Below are positions 31,743 to 40,074 of a DNA stretch of 64,000 nt, in pieces. Source of the stretch: an uncultured Pseudomonadota bacterium (GTDB lineage Bacteria; Pseudomonadota; Gammaproteobacteria; Ga0077536). A program made the position numbers and the translations under genes. The notes beneath the pieces were generated by a model. It did no database searches, was not told the origin of the DNA, and was given only the letters and a program-made list of their open reading frames with translations. The stretch covers positions 15,412-79,411 of the forward strand of contig CAJWTO010000001.1 of assembly GCA_913047675.1 (NCBI GenBank). The letters run 5' to 3'. Each line of letters starts with the position of its first letter. Positions within the stretch are counted from its first letter, which is position 1.

Positions 31743-33650
31743 TTATATAGCGCTCAACAACAGGTCGTGATTAGCGCTAACCTGAAAGCTCCAACCAGCG
31801 TCGATACGGGCAGTGAAAAACTCGTGTTCTATGACACACAAACCTTCTCCTCGAGCCCCAGCAACTAATTGCCTATAGTTGTAAACTGGGACGGTCTTCT
31901 CAACCTCATTAATTATCAACAACCTCTCTCCCGAGGCCTGGGCATCAGATACATTCTTAAAAGACTCTTCTGCAAACTCGAGCCTCTTAGTCTCTTTTGT
32001 CGCCTTCAGTCTCAAAAGTGTATGAGTATTTGCGACTGAAGGAAGGCTATCCCCATGACTCCACTTATTTGTGATCTGTTTGGTCTTCATGTCCACCAGA
32101 GAAAACTCGAGACTACAGTCATTTATATCAACTCCTTCCGCAAACATATCCCGTTTCGCACGAAGTACCTGAGATTCGCAGTCTTGGCCGAGGCTCTCAC
32201 CCGACACCTGCATCTGATAGGATTGAGATAGATTAGAGAACCCTACCCCATAAGCACTGAAAACTGCTGCCATGCCTGGGATAATGGCTTTTTTCAATCC
32301 TAAGGCAGACGCTACAGCGGTAAGAAGCATAGGCCCACCGCCCCCAAAACCTACTAGTGTCGAATCGCTAGAACAGCCTTGGTGTTCCCAGACTTTTTCA
32401 GCAACGATTCGAACCCATGCCTCCTCCACCTTTTCGAGTGCTGCTAAGTACTCAATACCGAGAGGTTCTCTTACCTTGTGCTCTAAGGCAGTTTCAGCTC
32501 TATTTTTATTTAGAGAAAACTGACCACCGAAATAAGTACTAGAATCAATGAGTCCGTTTAAAAGTAACACGTCAGTTATAGTCAGTTCTTCGCCGGAACG
32601 ATCAAAACATGCTGGACCGGGGAAAGCCCCAACTGATTTAGGTCCAACGGCGATGACACCGTCAATTTCTCTTATGATTGAACTTCCACCTATTCCCGCG
32701 CTTCTAATACGACTTAGTGGAATGGACACTTCCACACCTTCGACTCGGCCAAATGTGTCTTCGCCAAGTACACTTTCAACCACGGTGCTTATGTCGGAAG
32801 TAGTGCCGCCGATATCGATGGAAATTAAATTTTTAATGTCGTAATGTCTTGCCAACTCAGATGCATACCCCATCCCACCTCGCGGCCCAGAACTATAGGT
32901 TTTAAGTGCAATTGTCTTTGCAATCCTTGCTACACCGCCATCGTTACGATATATCAACAGCGGGTTTCGAGTGCGGTGTTCCTTTAAGCGATGTTCTGCA
33001 CTGTATAGGAATTGCTCCATTGCTGGATGAAGAAAAGTATTGAGTAAAGCGGTCCAAGTTCGTCGCAAATAATCGTCGTCCTTACTCATATCGCCGGCGA
33101 ATGTGATTGGTAACGCTCCGAGAAGCTGGGATGGATATCGCCTCAAAACAATCTTCTGCAAAGAGTCTTCGACAGAAACATAATCTGCGCTATCCATACT
33201 GACTACGATTCGATTAGCCCCAAGTGCACCTAACTGATTAACCTCTTTGGTCAGTGCAAGATCTAACGCATTACCCGATAATTCCTCATCTATTAACCCC
33301 ACCCTATTGCCAATGATAGTCTCGAATAAATCGGCGCGCTGCTCTTCAGAAAGAAATTGATCTTTATCGAACCCTGAAGACGTAATTAATCCAATCCGTG
33401 GTCCTCGTCTTTCAACCAACGCATTAGTCCCTTGCGTCGTAGAGTAACGAATATAATCAATATTATGTAACAGACGGGTTACGTCATCGTTCCCGTATAC
33501 TAGTTCGGAGAGTTGAGTCAAACCTCGGAAAAGACATTTACTCAGATCCTCTGGCGTTGTCATAGCCTTAGTTACTAATATCTCGTCCCCGTCATAAGCG
33601 CAAAAATCCGTGAGCGTCCCGCCATTATCAATACTTACTAAAATTCCCAT
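31743..33650 (-). CDS. Hydantoinase A/oxoprolinase-family ATPase subunit (HyuA-type, paralogue 2)
   Basis: 635 aa with motifs SIDNGGTLTD and DIGGTTSD. It is clearly paralogous to 29138-31294 but shorter. Confidence 0.8.
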   Translation of the reverse strand: MGILVSIDNGGTLTDFCAYDGDEILVTKAMTTPEDLSKCLFRGLTQLSELVYGNDDVTRLLHNIDYIRYSTTQGTNALVERRGPRIGLITSSGFDKDQFLSEEQRADLFETIIGNRVGLIDEELSGNALDLALTKEVNQLGALGANRIVVSMDSADYVSVEDSLQKIVLRRYPSQLLGALPITFAGDMSKDDDYLRRTWTALLNTFLHPAMEQFLYSAEHRLKEHRTRNPLLIYRNDGGVARIAKTIALKTYSSGPRGGMGYASELARHYDIKNLISIDIGGTTSDISTVVESVLGEDTFGRVEGVEVSIPLSRIRSAGIGGSSIIREIDGVIAVGPKSVGAFPGPACFDRSGEELTITDVLLLNGLIDSSTYFGGQFSLNKNRAETALEHKVREPLGIEYLAALEKVEEAWVRIVAEKVWEHQGCSSDSTLVGFGGGGPMLLTAVASALGLKKAIIPGMAAVFSAYGVGFSNLSQSYQMQVSGESLGQDCESQVLRAKRDMFAEGVDINDCSLEFSLVDMKTKQITNKWSHGDSLPSVANTHTLLRLKATKETKRLEFAEESFKNVSDAQASGERLLIINEVEKTVPVYNYRQLVAGARGEGLCVIEHEFFTARIDAGWSFQVSANHDLLLSAI

Positions 33651-33667
33651 TAAAAAAATGCCCTAAT

Positions 33668-34468
33668 TTAGATATCGGAAAAATCCCCATGGCGGCCCTT
33701 ACCATCGCTAAATCTTTTTGCGCCAGATACGCCTTCAGCTGATAGCGCCGGGATACTATTCTTCCATTCTTCTCGCATTGCATCTTCAACTGACAGGCCG
33801 TGCTGGAGGTAGACTGACCTTCTGTCAGCAAGCATGCAGCCTTGGGGGAAGCTAGCTATCTCATGGGCCATTTCTTCAGCCGCCTCGCGAGCTGTACCTG
33901 TTGGCACGACCTTCTCACAAGCTCCAATTCGCAGACATTCGTCGGCAGGAACTTTACGCCCTGTCATAATAATTTCTAGGGCGCGGCCTTGACCTACTAG
34001 TCGAGGTAAACGAACAGTCCCCCCATCAATTAGTGGGACTCCCCACCTTCTGCAATAAACACCAAAATAAGCGTCATTTTCCATAACGCGCACATCACAC
34101 CAAAGTGCTAATTCGAACCCCCCAGCGACAGCAGGGCCAGCAACCGCTGCTATTACAGGCTTACTTAATTTTAATCGACTCGGCCCCATTGGTGCTTGGG
34201 GGACCTCATCTCCAGGCTCAGGAAAATTTAGTTCACTTAGTGGTGCTTTTTTCCCTTCAAGTGTACTCGCATACTTTAAGTCCCACCCTGCGCAAAAGGA
34301 CCCGCCTTCGCCCCAAAAAACTGCTACCAAAGCTTCCTCATCTTGGTCAAATTCGTTAAAAGCCTTCACCAATGCCGACGCACTAGCTGGGTCCATTGCG
34401 TTTCTAGACTCAGGCCTACTATGGATGATAGTTGTGACTGGGCCATTTTTCTCTACTCGAACACTCAT
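33668..34468 (-). CDS. Enoyl-CoA hydratase/isomerase (crotonase) family protein
   Basis: 266 aa with crotonase oxyanion-hole segments (GGSFCAGWDL, VAGGFELALWCD). Lies 17 nt upstream of the HyuA-type gene. Confidence 0.85.
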   Translation of the reverse strand: MSVRVEKNGPVTTIIHSRPESRNAMDPASASALVKAFNEFDQDEEALVAVFWGEGGSFCAGWDLKYASTLEGKKAPLSELNFPEPGDEVPQAPMGPSRLKLSKPVIAAVAGPAVAGGFELALWCDVRVMENDAYFGVYCRRWGVPLIDGGTVRLPRLVGQGRALEIIMTGRKVPADECLRIGACEKVVPTGTAREAAEEMAHEIASFPQGCMLADRRSVYLQHGLSVEDAMREEWKNSIPALSAEGVSGAKRFSDGKGRHGDFSDI

Positions 34469-34612
34469 GAGGTTTTACTCCTTCAAATACAAATTTAGGA
34501 TAGATGTATGCTTACATCATAAAAAAAACAATAGAAATAATCTTGTCTATGGATGAACCAGCTTGTGTCTCACGATGAATTCACAGGAAGTGAAATATTG
34601 CCAACAATGTGC

Positions 34613-35560
34613 TTATGCGAGATTAGTATTACGGTATTTTGAGGGCGTGATCCCAAAGCACTTCTTGAAAGCTCTACTATAATGCGCGTGATCTTTGAAA
34701 CCCCATCTAAAAGCTATGCTAGTAATAGAAACCTTTGCGCCAATAAGGTCAGCACAGCTTCGCTCTAATCGCCTTCGCATTATCCACACACCAATTTTAT
34801 ATTCCTCTTTCTCAAAAATCTTATGTACATAACGAGTGGATATCTGAAAAGCGGCAGAAATAGTAGAAGGAGACAAAGTTTCATCAGAGATGTAGCAATC
34901 AATATAATCTTTAATCTCTTCAAGTAATTTCCCTTTATCTCTTGGGCTATTATCAAAGCTTGCTAAGACTGCATGAACAATATTTACCGTCACGTTACTA
35001 AGAGACATCTCATAAGGCCTAAGCTGTTTGTCTAAAAACTTGGAGAGCGTTATCATGTGTTGCACACAAAGCTCCGATAATAAATTCGTTTCATCCAGAT
35101 GCGAGCAATGTAGATCTCTGCAGCTCGACTCATCCGCTCTCAACAGTCGCTGGGGAATTATCACGGAAATATGCTCATATCTACTATCCGTGATCTCAAA
35201 ATCGATACACTGACTACTATCCCAAATAGCTAGTTCATTGACATTTACACGAATACTTTTATCCGCTGTTTTCAATTTAATATAGCCAGTGATCGGCATC
35301 ACAATCGTCAGATATTTTTCTGGGCTCTTATCTATATCAAGCTGATTCCTCCAACCGCGGAACCCATCGTCGCCAAGAGTCATGTTAATCCAAGTGATTC
35401 GGAGTGGACCGACAGCACGAGAGATGACGTTACCCGCTAACTTTTCAAGCCCTCTCGCATCGAAGCTCCAAGCCAAGTGAGACATATCTATAATACGGCT
35501 AAGTTTTTCCCCCTGAATAAGGTGTTCACTAAGCGTAAATTCTTTTCGCGATTGTTCCAC
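34613..35560 (-). CDS. AraC/XylS family transcriptional regulator
   Basis: 315 aa with a C-terminal double HTH (SPSTISAAFQISTRYVHKIF ... IAFRWGFKDHAHYSRAFKKCFGITPSKYR). Divergent from the CYP153 gene. Confidence 0.9.
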   Translation of the reverse strand: MEQSRKEFTLSEHLIQGEKLSRIIDMSHLAWSFDARGLEKLAGNVISRAVGPLRITWINMTLGDDGFRGWRNQLDIDKSPEKYLTIVMPITGYIKLKTADKSIRVNVNELAIWDSSQCIDFEITDSRYEHISVIIPQRLLRADESSCRDLHCSHLDETNLLSELCVQHMITLSKFLDKQLRPYEMSLSNVTVNIVHAVLASFDNSPRDKGKLLEEIKDYIDCYISDETLSPSTISAAFQISTRYVHKIFEKEEYKIGVWIMRRRLERSCADLIGAKVSITSIAFRWGFKDHAHYSRAFKKCFGITPSKYRNTNLA

Positions 35561-35655
35561 TATGCTTCTCCCACAATGGCGTTATTGCCGGCCCGGTGTT
35601 ACGGAACTAACTCACTTTAGAAAATCCTATCTCCAGAAGCAAGGAAAATGGCAAT

Positions 35656-35685
35656 AGTTCACTACTGTACAATTTTCAGTTCACT
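35656..35685 (+). promoter_or_regulatory. Direct repeat AGTTCACT-N14-AGTTCACT, candidate AraC-type activator site upstream of CYP153
   Basis: An identical 8-mer occurs at 35656-35663 and 35678-35685 (22-bp period), with a related CTCACTTT at 35611-35618. It lies in the 201-nt divergent AraC/CYP153 spacer, ending 76 nt before the P450 start. Confidence 0.3.
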
Positions 35686-35761
35686 TTGAAGCAAGCACTG
35701 GGTAACACAGCTATCTAATATAAACCCTTCTCGTCATAAAAAATTAACTGAGGCATAGCCT

Positions 35762-37021
35762 GTGACACGCGAAAAAAAATGCAAAGAAAACCCATACGAT
35801 GTCAGCCTATCAGATATCGATATGAGTAACCCTGCCCTATTCGAGCAAAATGTGGCGCCTCAGTATTTTGAACGATTACGCAAAGAAGCTCCGGTACACT
35901 TTTCTACGGGCTCCGAGTGCGGCCCATTTTGGTCCATAACAAAATATAAAGACATACTCGAGGTCGATAAAAACCATAAAATTTTCTCTGCAGACTCCTC
36001 ACACGGCGGCCACCTACTGGGCTACGAAATGTGGTTCAAATCAGATCCTGATCTCAAACTGCCTATGATCATTGCGATGGACCCTCCGAGACATGATACT
36101 CAAAGAAAAGCAGTCAGCCCCGCGGTAAGTTCTGAAAATCTCCGACTCATGGAAAATGGAATACGCGAAAATGCATGTCAGATTCTGGATAATCTTCCCG
36201 ATAATACAACTTTCAATTGGGTGGAAGATGTATCGATTGATTTAACGATCAGAACCTTAGCTGTTTTACTTGGATTTCCTCAAGAAGAGCGAGACAAACT
36301 AACACGATGGTCAGATGTCGCCATGTCAATTCCCGGTGATGGCATCACAAGCAGCTGGGAGCAGCGCAAAACAGAAATGCTCGAAATGAAAAGTCGCTTC
36401 GACCAGATGTTTTCTCAGCGTAAGAACAACAGCTCCGGCTTTGACCTGATCTCTTTGCTGTCAAATAATCTCGACGGGAATACAATGTCTGCAGACGAAT
36501 ATATCGGCAACGTGGTACTGCTTATAGTCGGAGGCAATGACACCACACGCAATGCGCTATCAGGCAGCGTACTCGCGTTAAGCGGTAGTCCACAACAAAA
36601 TAGTAAACTGCGAAGTAACAAGGAACTTATCCCTAAGTTTGTGTCAGAAGCAATTCGATGGCAAACCCCTGTGGCCCACATGAAGCGGACGGCGCTACAG
36701 GATACTAGTGTAGGTGGAAAAAAAATTCGTGAGGGTGAAAAAGTTGTCATGTGGTATGCCTCCGGAAATCGTGATGAAGAAATTTTCCAAAACCCTTACG
36801 ATCTTATTATTGACAGACCAAATGCCCGTAACCACTTGTCCTTCGGCTTTGGGATCCATCGCTGCGTCGGTAACCGCCTCGGAGAACTCACGCTTAGGAT
36901 CGCGTGGGAAGAAATTCTCAAACGATTTGAGTCTATTGAAGTGGTAGACACCCCTAAACGCATCTACTCAAATGTCACGATGGGGTACTCGGAATTACTA
37001 GTTAAAGTAAAACGCTTTTAG
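35762..37021 (+). CDS. Cytochrome P450, CYP153 family (terminal alkane/alkyl hydroxylase type)
   Basis: 419 aa with a GTG start and GAGG SD. CYP153 hallmarks are present: MIIAMDPPRHDTQRKAV, I-helix LLIVGGNDTTRN, EAIRWQTPVAHMKR and Cys-ligand loop FGFGIHRCVGNRL. It is collinear with remembered Alcanivorax CYP153A. Confidence 0.9.
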   Translation: MTREKKCKENPYDVSLSDIDMSNPALFEQNVAPQYFERLRKEAPVHFSTGSECGPFWSITKYKDILEVDKNHKIFSADSSHGGHLLGYEMWFKSDPDLKLPMIIAMDPPRHDTQRKAVSPAVSSENLRLMENGIRENACQILDNLPDNTTFNWVEDVSIDLTIRTLAVLLGFPQEERDKLTRWSDVAMSIPGDGITSSWEQRKTEMLEMKSRFDQMFSQRKNNSSGFDLISLLSNNLDGNTMSADEYIGNVVLLIVGGNDTTRNALSGSVLALSGSPQQNSKLRSNKELIPKFVSEAIRWQTPVAHMKRTALQDTSVGGKKIREGEKVVMWYASGNRDEEIFQNPYDLIIDRPNARNHLSFGFGIHRCVGNRLGELTLRIAWEEILKRFESIEVVDTPKRIYSNVTMGYSELLVKVKRF

Positions 37022-37055
37022 CGGCATAGTCGTAATTTGGAATTAAGGACGCGAG

Positions 37056-37367
37056 ATGACCAAAATAATATTTGTACAATCCGACGGAACAGAGCACCTC
37101 GTTGAAGCCAATGACGGAGACTCCATTATGACTGCAGCAATCAATAATGACGTCCCCGGTATTGACGGCGATTGTGGCGGCAACTGCGCTTGTGCTACTT
37201 GCCATGTATATATACGACAAAGTATGAGCATTGTCGCTAGTGAAGAAGAGAAAACAATGTTGGGCATTGCCGACAACGCCACATCAGATAGTCGGTTGGG
37301 CTGTCAAATATCAGTTTCAGATAATTTAGATGGCCTACGAGTGTATCTACCTGTCGCGCAGCATTGA
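37056..37367 (+). CDS. [2Fe-2S] ferredoxin, putidaredoxin/adrenodoxin type
   Basis: 103 aa with CGGNCACATCH (C-x5-C-x2-C) and a distal LGCQI cysteine. Lies 34 nt downstream of the P450. Confidence 0.9.
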   Translation: MTKIIFVQSDGTEHLVEANDGDSIMTAAINNDVPGIDGDCGGNCACATCHVYIRQSMSIVASEEEKTMLGIADNATSDSRLGCQISVSDNLDGLRVYLPVAQH

Positions 37368-37389
37368 AAAATAACCAACGATAGTTACA

Positions 37390-37863
37390 TCAAAAAATTT
37401 TTTCTGGTCCAGCCCATCCTTTCTTAAGCGTAGTCATCGCGAGGATGTCTATAATGACTCCGGCTATTTGCCATTGCCTATCTGTTTTTATAAATGACCA
37501 CTCGTAAGTACCCCAGCCTAACCAAGACTCGCCATCATTTTCCTGCGTCACATGCCAATACATAAAAACTTTTGCATTTCCGGCATCAATTTCAAAAGAT
37601 TCGTTAGCAAAATATCGCCGCGGATTATCAAAACGAGCCCAATAGTCATCATAAAACTCAAGCACACCTTCCCTGCCCGAGACATCCACATCCCATTCTG
37701 GAATACTGATCCACGCATCCAGGGCAAAAGTTTTCTCCAGTAACAATCTGTCCTTACCATCGACCGCTACCGCGTAACTACTCAATAGTGATCGAATCGC
37801 ATCCTTATTCTCAAGAGATTCAACCTTACTTTCGAGTCGACTAATCCGTTCCTCTAGTTCCAT
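37390..37863 (-). CDS. SnoaL-like / NTF2-fold protein
   Basis: 157 aa with an N-terminal helical MELEERISRLESKVESLEN followed by a cone-shaped NTF2-type pattern (W..F.....YF....F). Confidence 0.6.
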   Translation of the reverse strand: MELEERISRLESKVESLENKDAIRSLLSSYAVAVDGKDRLLLEKTFALDAWISIPEWDVDVSGREGVLEFYDDYWARFDNPRRYFANESFEIDAGNAKVFMYWHVTQENDGESWLGWGTYEWSFIKTDRQWQIAGVIIDILAMTTLKKGWAGPEKIF

Positions 37864-37883
37864 TTTCCACTCCAGTTCTAGAT

Positions 37884-38342
37884 TTAAGGGGCTCTTTTCA
37901 TTATCTGAGGGATCTCTACCGTAATAACTTTATCTCCTTTTTGATTACTGCCTTCATACCGCATCCGAACAATACCTTGTTCAGGTTTGGATCTAGACGG
38001 TATCACTTCCAGAACCGTCGCAGTGGTGGTAATAGTATCGCCTGGGCGCACCGGCTTATGCCACTTAACAGTATCTATTCCACCGCCGCCAGCTCCACAA
38101 TAGGCCATGACTCCAGTCTCCCAAAAGCTTCTAAAAGTTATCGCTATGGTTTGAAACCCGCTTGCAATAAGTCCTTCGAAAGGACTCTGCTCTCCGGCTT
38201 GCGCGTCAATGTGAAACGGTTGAGGATCGTAGCTGAGCGCAAATTCGATAATACTCGCCTCTGTGAGAGTAATCCCCTTCCCTTCAAATTTCTGTCCGAC
38301 AGTAAAATCTTCAAAAAAGAACTTCGTTATATTCTTGGACAC
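37884..38342 (-). CDS. MaoC-like (R)-specific enoyl-CoA hydratase / hotdog-fold dehydratase
   Basis: 152 aa with FEDFTVGQKF...SYDPQPFHID...GLIASGFQT typical of MaoC dehydratase domains. Confidence 0.75.
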   Translation of the reverse strand: MSKNITKFFFEDFTVGQKFEGKGITLTEASIIEFALSYDPQPFHIDAQAGEQSPFEGLIASGFQTIAITFRSFWETGVMAYCGAGGGGIDTVKWHKPVRPGDTITTTATVLEVIPSRSKPEQGIVRMRYEGSNQKGDKVITVEIPQIMKRAP

Positions 38343-38351
38343 CTTGGCTCC

Positions 38352-38825
38352 TTAGCGATCTAAATAAGCTGTCGCCTTAATTTCAAATTCAAGGCCGGGT
38401 GTGGAAAGTGCGCTGACTCCTACACCGGTCCAAGTAGGATACCTATTCTTAAAGTATCGATCTTTTACTTCAACTACCAACGCGAGATCACGCATATCGG
38501 TATGATAAGTTACGATCTCTACAACATCATCAAAGTCCGCAGAGGCTTCGTTCAAGACCAACTTCAAATTCTCAAACGCCTGAACTATCTGAGCTTCTTT
38601 CCCTTCCACAACATTCATATCAGCGTCTCTTCCGACCTGACCCGCAATAAAAAGCATGTTCCCAGCTCTTACAGCAGGTGAGTAATGGTAACGTTCGTTA
38701 ATAATTCGCATGGACTCTGGCACAATATCAATTCTGGATGAAGCGCCCACTAAAGAGATTTGACAGGCCAAAACTAGTGCTAGCGTGGCCACTAATCGAA
38801 AACACAATGTATCGGATATTTTCAT
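38352..38825 (-). CDS. RidA/YjgF/UK114 family protein with N-terminal signal peptide or lipobox
   Basis: 157 aa. A RidA core (YSPAVRAGNMLFIAGQVG ... EIKATA) is preceded by MKISDTLCFRLVATLALVLACQISLVGASS. A strong AGGAG SD serves the long start. Confidence 0.7.
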   Translation of the reverse strand: MKISDTLCFRLVATLALVLACQISLVGASSRIDIVPESMRIINERYHYSPAVRAGNMLFIAGQVGRDADMNVVEGKEAQIVQAFENLKLVLNEASADFDDVVEIVTYHTDMRDLALVVEVKDRYFKNRYPTWTGVGVSALSTPGLEFEIKATAYLDR

Positions 38826-38920
38826 TCAATTTGTCTCCTTAATTACCTCTATTTATTACATTACAGGCACTTCGATTAAATGACAAAAGTTTATGGGTAA
38901 TTTTCTGTTAAGCTATCGTG

Positions 38921-39622
38921 ATGAACGCAAAAAAGAAAATGTCACTTGCGAAATCGGTCATTGACATAGGTTATTTCACCGAAGACTTGGCGCAAAGTCT
39001 GGACTTCTGGAGGGCTGAAGTGGGATTGGACTATGAGCCTCCCATAGAGTTTAACGATGGGCTGACGCAATATCGTCATAAGTTAGGTGACTCAATAATA
39101 AAAATAAACACCTCAAAAAATTTGCTCAACAACAATCCTGGGCAGTACGCTAAGTTACTGATCGCAAGGGAAGGTCAGACGACACCAGAAACTGTATTTG
39201 ACCCAGATGGTAATGAAATCATGATTGTCCCTCCTGGGTACAACTCGGTTACAGGCGTGGGGATCTGTATAAAAACTAGTAGAGTTGAGTTATATAAAAA
39301 ATTTTACCAAGACGATTTAGAGTGTGCGGCGATTTCCGACAATACATTCCAGCTAGGCGATTCAATAATCTTCCTTGAGAAAGACCCTAATGCCAGCCGG
39401 GCCGGACACTGGGTTGATAAAGGACTCAGGTATTTTACGATCCACGTGAGGCAAATTGATAATACTTATGCCGCACTAATGGACGCAGGGGTTGAACCCG
39501 GAGAAGCACCCTATTCGATAGGAAAAATAGCAAGAATTTCTTTCATAAAAGATCCAGATGGACGTTGGGTTGAAGTAGCCCAAAGGGCCTCTCTTGCTGG
39601 GCCATGGTGGTCAGAAGATTAA
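38921..39622 (+). CDS. VOC (glyoxalase/bleomycin-resistance/dioxygenase) superfamily protein
   Basis: About 233 aa with two beta-alpha-beta-beta-beta modules (IDIGYFTEDL..., HWVDKGLRYFTIHV..., DPDGRWVEV). ATG at 38921 immediately follows the ORF-track GTG. Confidence 0.6.
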   Translation: MNAKKKMSLAKSVIDIGYFTEDLAQSLDFWRAEVGLDYEPPIEFNDGLTQYRHKLGDSIIKINTSKNLLNNNPGQYAKLLIAREGQTTPETVFDPDGNEIMIVPPGYNSVTGVGICIKTSRVELYKKFYQDDLECAAISDNTFQLGDSIIFLEKDPNASRAGHWVDKGLRYFTIHVRQIDNTYAALMDAGVEPGEAPYSIGKIARISFIKDPDGRWVEVAQRASLAGPWWSED

Positions 39623-39688
39623 GCACAAGAAAACAAGTACTGCTACAATAAACAGTATAAACACTTTGAAGGATGAATTTCTTACATT

Positions 39689-39913
39689 ATGCGATATAAG
39701 GCCTTAACAATGACTGTTGTTAAGCTAGCGAGTTTTAGCTGGCTTGGCGCTTCGCTGTTTTTAGTTATTGGTTTTCTAGCTACGGGCAGCGAGATCGTCA
39801 ATGGATGGTACTTGGTCGCCCTTGTTGTAGCCCCGCCTATCAGCCTAAGTCTGATCGCATTCATTGGATTTAGCTTTTATGAATTAGTCAGAATTAAGCG
39901 AGAAAACCAGTAA
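39689..39913 (+). CDS. Small hypothetical membrane protein (2 TM)
   Basis: 74 aa with two hydrophobic helices. Its stop overlaps the next small ORF's start (TAATG). Confidence 0.4.
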   Translation: MRYKALTMTVVKLASFSWLGASLFLVIGFLATGSEIVNGWYLVALVVAPPISLSLIAFIGFSFYELVRIKRENQ

Positions 39914-40074
39914 TGGCTCCCCTCATTAGAATTGCACTCGCCGTAATAATAGCCTTGCTTCTTCTTAGGCTGTTCGCCCCTGCCTTTGCAGAGCGTATAA
40001 AAGCTGTTTATATGATTGGCGGTGTCACACTAGTACTTGCTATCGGCCTTCTTTTGTACGCCCTACTCGATTAG
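39913..40074 (+). CDS. Small hypothetical membrane protein (53 aa, below the ORF-track cutoff)
   Basis: Hand translation gives MAPLIRIALAVIIALLLLRLFAPAFAERIKAVYMIGGVTLVLAIGLLLYALLD, with two TM helices. Its ATG overlaps the upstream TAA. Confidence 0.35.
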   Translation: MAPLIRIALAVIIALLLLRLFAPAFAERIKAVYMIGGVTLVLAIGLLLYALLD

